Origin: Octopus bimaculoides
Lineage: Eukaryota
Direction of reading: 5' to 3'
Assembly: GCF_001194135.2 (NCBI RefSeq)
Contig: NC_068993.1
Coordinates: 49,228,252 to 49,292,251 of the forward strand
Length of the DNA: 64,000 nucleotides
Shown here: positions 53,566 through 64,000 of the stretch, piece by piece
Layout of the letters: every line of letters starts with the position of its first letter
Position numbering within the stretch: the stretch's first letter is position 1
Notes under the pieces: model-generated
Seen by the model: the letters and a program-made list of their open reading frames with translations, nothing else
Databases searched by the model: none
Told to the model about the DNA's origin: nothing
Translations under genes and position numbers: made by a program

Positions 53566-53956
53566 TTGTTGTTATTGGCACTCCGTCGCTTACGACGTCG
53601 AGGGTTCCAGTTGATCCGATCAACGGAACAGCCTGCTCGTGAAATTAACGTGCAAGTGGCTGAGCACTCCACAGACACGTGTACCCTTAATGTAGTTCTC
53701 GGGGGATATTCAGCGTGACACAGTGTGACAAGGCTGGCCCTTTGATTTACAGGCACAACAGAAACAGGAAGTAAGAGTGAGAGAAAGTTGGTGGTGGAAG
53801 AGTACAGCAGGGTTCGCCACCATCCCCTGCCGGAGCCTCGTGGAGCTTTAGGTGTTTTCGCTCAATAAACACTCACAACGCCCGGTCTGGGAATCGAAAC
53901 CGCGATCCTCTGACCGTGAGTCCGCTGCCCTAACCACTGGGCCATTGCGCCTCCAC
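53566..53956 (-). mobile_element. Full-length family A SINE
   Basis: Reverse complement of 9630/21084 copies; CpGs retained; 8 bp TSD ATTTGTAT (53558-53565, 53957-53964). Confidence 0.92.
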
Positions 53957-54383
53957 ATTTGTATGTACAAATAAGAGAAAGACTTTATTTATTCAAACCT
54001 GTTGTTGAACCCAAGTGACATTCAGAGTTTTTTGCGTTTTGTGATCCTTCAGGTGCTTTGGTTGCCACTTGAAACAATGGGCATTGTAAGAAACTCTAAA
54101 TATGTAACAAACAAATATATCTATATATGTTCAATTACTGTTAATGATTGTGTCACGTAAGTCACTATAGCCATCTAAAATACAAATATTCCATTATATA
54201 TATCCACTTTTGCTTATCTTCTAATAGCTTTTTACATTCTGTTAAGTGCCAGAAAATGTTGAATATCTATGACTTGGTTATTAATTCTTGTGTAGATTTT
54301 TTTTTTTCCTTTTGCACTAAGTAGAGTATATAATACTATTAGAAAATATAAACAAAATTGAATATAACAGTATATGTATATTT

Positions 54384-54752
54384 TACTCTTTTACTTGTTT
54401 CAGTCATTTGACTGTGGCCATGCTGGAGCACCACCTTTAGTCGAACAAATCAACCCCAGGACTTATTCTTCGTTAGCCTAGTACTTATTCTATTGGTCTC
54501 TTTTGCCGAACCGCTAAGTTACAGGGACATAAACACACCAGCATCAGTTGTCAAGCGATGTTGGGGGTGACAAACACAGACACACAAACATATATATATA
54601 TATATATACGACGGGCTTCTTTCAGTTTCCATCTACCAAATCCACTCACACGGCTTTGGTCAGCCTGAGGCTATAGTAGAAGACACTTGCCCAAGGTGCC
54701 ACACAGTGGGAATGAACCCGGAACCATGTGGTTGGTAAGCAAGCTACTTACC
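54384..54752 (-). mobile_element. Near full-length family B SINE
   Basis: tRNA-like head GTAAGTAGCTTGCTTACCAACCACATGGTTCCGGGTTCATTCCC, internal (TA)n, tail GGTGCTCCAGCATGGCCACAGTCAAATGACTGAAACAAGTAAAAGAGTA. Confidence 0.9.
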
Positions 54753-56811
54753 CCACATGGGTAGCAGTATTCTACAGTGCTGCAATAAGTTTCAGTTTCA
54801 ATGCACAATCTCAAATCAAGTCACTTGCCTGGCAAGTACAATTTATACTATCTACTTTAATATTCTGAAATCTAAGCTACCTGCATTGAACCGATAGATG
54901 CAGGTTCATTAATAATTTCTTTCCAAGGTTCTGAAGTGGATTTTGTGTTTGCTTATGCTGAGTGTTTTCTTAATTGAATCCTTTCTGAATCGAAGGTAAA
55001 AGAATGACTCTTTATTCACAACATAACTGAATATAGATAATGTCCAGGCAAAGATGATGATTGCTTTTCAGTATGGAATGTATATAAACACTTCAAACAC
55101 ATAGATACACGAGTGCATGTGTGTGTGTTAGTGTGTGTGTAGTCTCTTAATAGTCTGTCCAAATGAGTTAGTATGAGCAATCAATAAATCAACAGCACTC
55201 CAACAAATGCACAAAATCGAAAAGAAAATGAAATTGTTTCAATTGTTTGGGACTTGTTTGATTTCTCAGCTTTTGTGAAATGTCTAAATCTATGTAACAT
55301 CGCAGACCAGATATTTTGTACTATCAGATAGTTAAGTGGTTCATATAGGTTTTGAGTTCAGTTCACGTTTGGATCAATTTTTACTTTTATGAATAGAACA
55401 GACATTATTTGTTTATAAGACAGACATTATGTGGGTGTTAGTAAAATAGAGAAATGTTATTGAGTCAGTGAGGAAGCCTCTATAAATCACTTGACCTACT
55501 TGCTAGCCAATAGGGCAAAATCTCCCTCAAACTTCTTGGTACTGTTTTATAAAAGAAATGATTCAATGTATATTACCCAGGGTTCAGCATTCTAGAGGAA
55601 AATATTAAATGGTCATGAGTGAAATGGCCTTTGGTTATATATTTAGATCTGCCTGCTCTATCAGAGTTGACCAACAGCTAAATAATCATACCAGAGATGC
55701 TCAATAAATCTTTTGTCACAGGAACAAAATTATTTTTGTGTAAGGTTAAAGAATTCTAGTATGCTATTAGTTGTTCTTTTAACTTTGGGCTGATAATGAG
55801 CAGAACTTATACTTACAGGATTTCGATTAAGAAAAGTTACATATTGAAATGAATAGTATAAAGCATGTGGCATGACTTAAAGGGGTGAAACTAGTAAAAA
55901 AAAGCTGGTGATTTGAGGCTTAAAAAACTAGAATAGCTTTTACAAATCCCATCAACCTTGGTGCATAATTGTATGGTAGTAAAGAATAACCAGGTTGTTT
56001 ATGCAAGATGAACTTGCTACAAAGAGAGAAAATCACCGATTTATCAGCTTAGTAGAGCATAAAACTAGCTGTCACCTGGCTAGACAGACTTGAGAGATGA
56101 AAAGAACTCATTAAGGTGATTACAAAGCCCCATTTCCAATTCTCAGTCATAGAGCAACATAATTAATTGTTAATATTTCCTTACATAATTTACTAAAGAA
56201 AACTTCAGTATTAAATGATGATTGAAAACTCAAGCTTTTTGCACATTTGTAGCAACAACAGCTGAACACTGGAACAACAAAATGTAAATGAATTACAATA
56301 ATTGAAACTCTGCTTAGTAAAATTTAAGAAAAACATTTCATGGCAACAGAACAATGCCTCAGCTTTTTATTCTTAAAATAGTTTTTATGTTGATTTATAG
56401 TTCAGCCTTGTTGTTTGGTGTACTAAGCCAAGCAACTTACAGTTTTCTATGAGCAATTATAGACTATTCAGATTTTGCTTTTACTAACTCTCAAGAAATA
56501 CTGATATTATTCAACCAGCTCTGACCTTTTGGTCCTGTGCTGTAAGCAATGTTTTATATGCTTTCAGGCTATGGGTTTGTATTCCTTCTGTTGCTGTATC
56601 TCATAAGGAAGAACAAAAAGAAAAGGCTAAAAAAAATTGATGGAATGTCTTTATTTTAATCTGGTGGTACTGAATCTTACTTTGTCCTTCTTGATCCAAG
56701 ATACATAAAACTAACTACATATTTTTAAAAAAGATGTGGCACTTTTCTTCTTACTCTCATGNNNNNNNNNNNNNNAATTTAAAAATTTTAACAGCCTATA
56801 CTATATATGAT

Positions 56812-57160
56812 GATTGTCGACTTCCTGGCACTTGTACCGGTGGCACATGAAAAGACATTCGAGCAAGATCGTTGCCAGTGCCGCTCGTCTGGCTCCTGTG
56901 CAGGTGGCACGTAAAATACACCATTTCAAGCGTGGCCGTTGCCAGTACTGCCTGACTGGCCTTTGTGCCGGTGGCACTTAAAAGCACCCACTACACTCTC
57001 GGAGTGGTTGGCGTTAGGAAGGGCATCCAGCTGTAGAAACTCTGCCAAATCAGATTGGAGCATGGTGTAGCCACCTGGTTCACCAGTCGTCAGTCAAATC
57101 GTCCAACCCATGCTAGCATGGAAACCGGACGTTAAACGATGATGGTGATGATGATGATGA
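56812..57160 (+). mobile_element. Family C element (RTE-type 3' end) with (GAT)n tail
   Basis: Repeated GTGCCGGTGGCAC units, then TTAGGAAGGGCATCCAGCTGTAGAAACTCTGCC...CATGCTAGCATGGAAACCGGACGTTAAACGATGATG. Confidence 0.85.
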
Positions 57161-57939
57161 AAATCATTAAAGAAAATCATTGAAGTCATTTTACTATATC
57201 ATTAACGAACTCATTGTAGATGATTTGTTTGTTTACATACTCTTATTATTTCAATGGTTAAATATCTGCAATCACAACATTGGTAAATATTTCTGTTGTT
57301 CAGTTTTGGTTTGGCATGAGTTGCAATGCTTCGTAAATTTCGAAATTTTAATGAATTATTTGATCCAGTTGTTTTACAAATGGATGATTTTCTTAAAAGT
57401 TGGCTTCCCAACTCTGAACAAGTGCCTACTTTCAGTAAAATCTATTGAGGCAGCTAATCTGTCTTGCATTAGAAAGAGCACAATGTAATGTACTTATCTG
57501 GATATATGCTGCATGCACATGTGTATGTGTGGGGGTGGGGGTGAGACATTAAATTTGTAACAAAGTATTGAGAAATAATCGACAGCTAATCTATTATCAC
57601 TACAGTGTTTCATAGAATCTTTCTAAACTAAATGAACAAAAGGTACAAAGTAAAGCTCTGAAATAAATATTCTACTCTTTTAGAGACCAATATTTCTCCT
57701 GGATAAGATACTAATCTATTGCAGGTTACTTGCTAAGAAATTCCTAATGGCTATTCTTGATTTTTAAGTATTTTCCATCCTATCACTGTTATGTTGAACT
57801 AATGAAGAAGACATTTTATTTTAAATGGCTAAATTCAACTAGTGCTAAGAAGTTAATCTAATGTAGGGTATATAAGTCATTGATGTAAGCTGCAGTATAA
57901 GAAAACTGTTCATTGTTTCATTGGTTTGCAGTATAGAGT

Positions 57940-58245
57940 GTGAAAGCATGTGGCCTAGTGGCTAGGGTATTTGGTCAACAACTATAAGGTCATAAGTTCA
58001 ATTCCTGGTGGTGTATTCTATCCTTAAGTAAAACACTTTATTTCTTGTTGCTCCTGTCCACTCAGTTGTCAAAACTGAGTTGGACATGTAATTCAAAGGG
58101 TCAGCCTTGTCACACTCTGACTCAGGTTGAATCTCCCGGAGATTATGGGTAAGCGTGTCTGGAGTGCTCAGCCACTGACATGATAATTTCATGAGAAGGC
58201 TCTTCAGTTGATCGTATCAATTAGAAAACTCATTGTAACAAAGAG
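57940..58245 (+). mobile_element. Old family A variant SINE (CORE-like middle)
   Basis: TGGCCTAGTGGCTAGGG head and AATTCAAAGGGTCAGCCTTGTCACA...GGAGTGCTCAGCCACT body; CpG-decayed. Confidence 0.75.
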
Positions 58246-58331
58246 CCAGGCTATAGACTTAGAAGCCAATGTGAAATTGCTCCAATGTATTTTTTTCACT
58301 TGAAAAATTTGTTCTCAGAACTGTATCCCAA

Positions 58332-59144
58332 CAGATGTGGCTGTGTGGCAAGAAGTTTGCTTCCCAACCATATGAATCAGAGTTCAATGCCACTGCATGG
58401 CACCTTGGTCAAGTGTCTTCTACTATAGCCCAGGGCTGACCAAAACTTTCTGAGTGGGTTTGGTAGACAGAAAGTGACAGAAGCATATTGTATATGCATA
58501 CATGTGTGTGTGTGCGCACATGCATGTGTCTTTGTCCCCTTTCCGCTGCTTAACAATCAGTGTTGCTGTGTTTACATCAGGGACATACTACTTAAGTAGA
58601 CAAGGTAAGCACTGCCTACCTTGAATAAAATAGATCGATAACAACATTTTCCTTTTATGGTGAAATATGCACCTAATTCAATAAAATTATGAAGGTTAGT
58701 CTGATTACTATGCATAAAATGCAAAATATTCTATTTTTGTAGATTAGGTAGGCATAATTTGTCCCTACTCTTCAATCTCAGTATCTAAACTACACATAGT
58801 ACTGCTGTAGTACATGTGCTGCATACACTCCTACAACACTGTTTTCTTTATGGGCTATAAAGGCAGAAGTGAATCTGCCTTCAACTCAGTTGCACGTCTG
58901 TGTTTTGCTTATTTTTTCTGTGTTTTACTACATGAAGGTCACCAACTGCCTACCCTGAGCAATTACTGATGGCACATGCCTCGTTTACATTCTTGCAACT
59001 TAACAGATCAGGAACAGAGACTGATAAATAAATATCTGGCTTAAAAAAAAAGTTTTACGATTAATTCGGTTGACTAAAATTCTTCAAGGTGGTGCCCCAG
59101 CTTGGCTACATTCTAATGACTGAAACAAGTAAAAGATAAAAGAT
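58332..59144 (+). mobile_element. Old family B SINE split by a 405 bp insertion
   Basis: Head 58332-58577; body resumes at 58983 and ends AAGGTGGTGCCCCAGC...GACTGAAACAAGTAAAAGATAAAAGATA. Confidence 0.75.
58578..58982. mobile_element. Putative old hAT-type MITE inside the SINE
   Basis: 8 bp TSD GTTTACAT (58570-58577, 58983-58990); subterminal CTGCCTACC motif near both ends; TIRs poorly conserved. Confidence 0.55.
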
Positions 59145-60070
59145 ACTAAACTACTAATCAGTTTGTAGCTTGTTTGACACTCTACCAAAGTTGTTCTATT
59201 TCTTTGTCTGTGCATCTCTCTCTCTCTCACACATATAATGTCCTTACCTATATTTCTGGTATAAGTGAGTCCCTTAATGTTTTGTACCTTATTCTTGGTA
59301 CATGTGCCCAGTGATTATTTACAAATTTTTGACTTTTCATCCAATTTATACTTTATTCATTCAAGCATTGTGAATCTAAGTAATTAAAATTTAGCCGTCC
59401 TGTTCCTGAATCTAAACTCCTGGTGATTCTAAGTTGTTTCATTCTGATTATTTTCTTCTATCAGTTAAAAATGTCTTATGTTATGAAATGCCTGTAGCCA
59501 ATGCTCAGACAGTATGGAATGTTGTGTGTGATATCTCACTTGAATTAATAGATAAGTTCAGTTATCTAGTCAACATAATGCATTGAATAGCAACGATGGT
59601 TGCATTGTAGCTGGAGTTTGTATTAGCTGGAAAATGTTTTAAGAACTTCTATTTCTATTGACTTCAAAGAAACTCTTTCTTTTTACAGAAGGTTGGTTTA
59701 CTCTTTGTGTATGTGTTTCAGAGAGAGAGAGAGAAAGAAAAAAAAGACAGAAAAGATAGTGCATGGCAGCAAAAGATTATCTTAACTTTTTTTTCTTTTT
59801 CTGCATTTTAATTTGTATAGATATTGTAAGAGAATAACATGAAAAACAATTTCACTGGGATATGTAACAGTACTAAATTGAGTGTAGTTACAAAAAAAGA
59901 AAATTGAGTATTAAAAATTAGATACTTCTGATGTCTACCTGGCCTATCTAGCTTAGAAAAATATATATTGAAACGTAAGAAGTTAGGTATTAACATTTTA
60001 TATTGTGATGTATTTAAATAAATACTGATAGTATTATATACAAAAATAAGAGGAATGACCAGCAAAAGAG

Positions 60071-60933
60071 ATAGATGCCGAATCATCTAACCACGAAGAA
60101 ATATGTTCTCAGTAAAAAATTAGTGACACAACAGACTGTAAAAGGGCAAGACAAATGAAAAAATACTATAAAAAAAAAAAACGATTAACCTACGTACCAT
60201 GGTTTCATCTGTTAAAATTTACGTAAGTAAATATCTGCAGGATCATCAACGTAGTCTGTCGATTTAAAAATATAATTTCCAGAAATAGACATAAGACGTC
60301 CACCCGAAATGGAGCACGTGTAGAGTTCTACAAATTACATTCAGTGTATCCCTTCAAATGTCTTCAATCTGGCGCGCTAAGACCGGAAATAACTCTGCAC
60401 TTGATAAATTTTTGCAGCTAATTTACCGGTTTGAGAATATCATTATTTAAAATTTATTAAGGGTAGAAATTGATATTAATCAATTAAAATCAGTGATCTA
60501 GCATATTAAAAAAATTCAAAGATTAAAATTATAATTTTAATCTTATTAATAAATTTTAAATAATGATATTCTCAAACCGGTAAATTAGCTGCAAAAATTT
60601 ATCAAGTGCAGAGTTATTTCCGGCCTTAGCGCGCCCGATTGAAGACATTTGAAGGGATACACTGAATGTAATATGTAGAACTCTACACGTGCTCCATTTC
60701 GGGTGGACGTCTTATGTCTAGTTCTGGAAATTATATTTTTAAATCAACAGACTACGCTAATGATCCTGCAGATATTTACTTCCGTAAATTTTAACAGATG
60801 AAACCATGGTACGTAGGTTAATCGTTTTTTTTTTTTAGTATTTTTTCATTTGTCTTACCCTTTTACAGTCTGTTGTGTCGCTAATTTTTTACTGAGAATA
60901 TATTTCTTCGTGGTTAGATGATTCGGCATCTAT
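60071..60933. repeat. Large spacer-less inverted repeat (palindrome)
   Basis: 60071-60460 is the reverse complement of 60545-60933 with about a dozen differences by my count; centre is the perfect 26 bp palindrome AAGATTAAAATTA/TAATTTTAATCTT (60519-60544). Confidence 0.95.
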
Positions 60934-61276
60934 TTCTAACATATAGGAGTCCATNNNNNNNNNNTATAATTTTAATCTTCGGATTTTTTTAATATGCTAG
61001 ACCACTGGTTTTAATTGATTAATATCAATTTCTACCCTTATTAATAAATTTTAAATACTGATAGTATTATATATATTTGAATTGTTTTTTTGTCAACTAC
61101 ACTTTCTTTTCCTTGTATGGAGAAACTGTTGGAAGAGAGGTAATAACACTTTATTATACAACAAGAGATGCAACCCTTGACCTGTTTCTACCTAATATTT
61201 TCTCATCATCATAAAATGATTGCATCAGCTACCTCACTATCAATGTATTTGTTGTCCTCACACACACACACACACA

Positions 61277-61318
<42 letters not shown>

Positions 61319-63679
61319 GTATGTCTATTGTTTTAATGTTTTAGTTTCTTTTGGCCATCATGTTTTACGCCATAATGCAGTACAATGTTGCATTTGCATG
61401 CATGCATGTGTGTGTTCATCTACATAGATTATGTTCACTTCTCTCATGGGTAACTCATGCAATAAAAGAAAATCACTCATAGGTTACCAAGACATTTCTA
61501 ACTAGCTTAGATTAATGAATGGCTACATATGTTTATTAATCACCGTTCATTGATCATTGTTACAATAAGCCCTGTCCTTTAATTTGTTAACCTTCTTGTC
61601 CTACACAGGTAGATACATGAAGATATGCACATAGCAATTGCCTTCTTTAAATCACTGATCTCCGTGCTGGGTTCCTTAATTATTTCTAATAAATCTTGAA
61701 GGATTTATGATGTCCAACTATGTCCAATTTCACTTTGCCTGCATCACCTCAGCCAAGAAAGACACCTCAAATGTGATCTGTTGACCTGCTAAATTTAGCT
61801 ACTAAATCTCCATCAAATAACACCCAACCAGATTATTAAAGAAAGGACACACTGGATAATGTTGTGTTGATAAACTATGTGAAAATAAAATAGGATGGTC
61901 ATAAGAATGTCTTTGATGACAGGTGAGCTCATTCAGAGCTGACCTTGGGTTAAATACTGACAACAATAACGACTGTCATCCCCCTATCCTGACATTAAAA
62001 AACAATATTATACCAAAAAGAAAAAAATCATATTCAGCAAACTTACTGCGACATATGCCACCTGATTCACTGCACCAAACATTGCATAATGAAATGTGCA
62101 CTGCAATGCTGTCTGAAGTGTGGCTTATTCATTATGCTGGTTGTATAGATTGTTTCATAACTCTTTTTATCAGTTACCTACATGCAGACAATGCAGGCAA
62201 TAAGTATTCACATTCATCCTGCCATGAATCTTATTATACTTCACTACTGCAGCAATGGTTGGACATAAACGCATATGTGTATGTTTAAACATGAGTGTAT
62301 ATGCACCACATCACTTGCATGCATCACATGTATTTGCAAGCACATGCCACTTGTGTACATTTATGTTTATACAAATATATGCACTTATGAACACACATAT
62401 GCACATGTATACATATAATGTGTACACATACAAACACAGGTACTATATGTATGTCTGTATGTATGTATGCACACACACACACAATATCTAAAACCGATAA
62501 AGAAAGAGAAAATATCACAGTAAATTTTGTATGTGTATGTTTATATATATAGCTGTAATTTTTTCCTTAAAGTAAATTCTTTATAATGTTATTGCATCTG
62601 TAACTATGGAAGCTGCAGACTCAGCAGTGTTTCTGTACAACTTCTAAGCAATTCTGATGCTTGCTTGTGTATGTGCTTGTACGTTTGTGTGTGTGTGTGT
62701 GTGTATGTTTAAAACCTTGTACATATTTGATGGCAAAACACTTGCTTCTACTGTTTTCTTTCATTTGTGCTCGTAAAAATAAAACTTGTAGATGGTGGTT
62801 AATTTTTTCATTTGTTGATAGCAAGTCCTGCTCTCCTGTGGTCTACTATGGAATTTCGAAAATAAAACCACTGGGGGCAGACTTGAAAGTTTTCCCAACA
62901 AGCATAAAGACAGTTTTCTCTAGAAACATTAAAAATTTGATATCTAAATTTATATAACACTCATAGGCAGGCACCCACATATGCACACATGCACACACTC
63001 ACACACATTCACACACACGTTTGTATACACATAGCATTAACATGCATGTACATGGAGAGGAGTACATTTTTGTTTAACCCTAAATCAGTCCCCACTTGAG
63101 CAGAACTGCAAGCAAAGACATTCAACAAGACTTAAAGATACATACATACATACATGCAGAAACATGTACACATCATACATATATAATCTGTGTGTGTGTG
63201 TGTAGTTTTGTTTGTGGGTACATGCTTACGTCTGAATAAAATGGGTTGGTGCTAGTTGACATTAATAATGGTGTCTAAAGTTATGTCTTGAATTTCTCTA
63301 TAGAATTATTTCCCATTAACAATTCAATTATTGTAAGGAATTTCAATTTATAGCATGATTGATATTATACTTGAAGCATATTGTCAAACAATTGCTATCA
63401 AGCAGTGTACTTACGTAAAATTGTACTTTTTGATTGTATGACACAGTATAATTAATTCGTTTTCCACTCGTCAGATTATATTTTTGTTTGAATCATGGTA
63501 TATATATCTTAGCAACACTGTTATAAATATATATAAACTGGAGTGCTATCACAGCAGTTTATGAGATTATAGTTTTAATCAAGGCTCAATTATCCTCATT
63601 ATCATTTTTATGTCCCCGTTTATTCTCACATGTGTTATAAAGCATTTCACCACTTGTTGCAACCATTCATTATTTTCTT

Positions 63680-64000
63680 CATGACATTCAGCCTCCTGAG
63701 ACCATCATTTACCAATTCTTCTCATGTCTTTCTTGCTCTTTCTCTTTTAGAAGTTCCTTCTACTTGGATCACTTTGCTCTGTTTTACCATCTGCCTCACA
63801 TGTCCAAACCAGTTCAGTTCTCGCTCTTGCAAACTATATCATGATTCCTTTTATACCAAGTTTCCTTCTCATCTTATTTGTGTTCAGAGGTTCATGTATA
63901 CTAAATATTATACACCCAGTGGACCATTCTCACCTCATTTCCTCCCAGCCATTGCACATCCTCCTTGTCTGATGTTCATGGTTTGCGACCATGTGACATA
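63680..64000 (-). pseudogene. RTE-clade LINE ORF2 C-terminal fragment
   Basis: Minus-strand frames LGIKGI and QERELNWFGHVRQM match the RTE pattern LGIRGI...ERRLRWFGHV.RM; runs off the window end. Confidence 0.65.

Noticed and set aside
56568-56640. Plus-strand candidate terminal exon LWVCIPSVAVSHKEEQKEKAKKN* (KxKxx-like end); alternative frame YGFVFLLLLYLIRKNKKKRLKK
   Set aside because: Two frames look equally plausible, the basic residues come from an A-rich tract, and upstream partners (54053, 51032, 45339) cannot be chosen objectively.

Overview
AT-rich, microsatellite-dense eukaryotic genomic DNA with seven N gaps. The SINE families look like those of Octopus; this is an inference from remembered family sequences, not a database search. 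No intact protein-coding gene can be supported. The longer ORFs in the track are N runs, microsatellite read-through, antisense frames, or transposon fragments. The window is a transposon graveyard. It holds several tRNA-derived SINE families, including a 2 kb head-to-tail cluster, plus RTE LINE fragments, a Gypsy pol fossil, two Tc1/mariner transposase pseudogenes, mariner MITEs, and an internally deleted hAT element with a perfect 8 bp TSD and a nested MITE. The four most interesting observations: (1) a Penelope-like 3' end (GIY-YIG C-terminus) followed by a tRNA-like Pol III head and a minimal type I hammerhead ribozyme fold (27.5-27.9 kb); (2) a U6 snRNA copy fused through its oligo-T to a retroposon 3' tail, a U6 chimeric retrocopy (33.8 kb); (3) a spacer-less palindrome of about 860 bp whose missing central piece reappears after a gap (60.1-61.1 kb); (4) seven independent same-strand SINE insertions into (ATT)n tails (45.5-47.5 kb). 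CpG depletion from about 26-28 kb onward suggests a methylated gene body, but the exons of any host gene could not be resolved.
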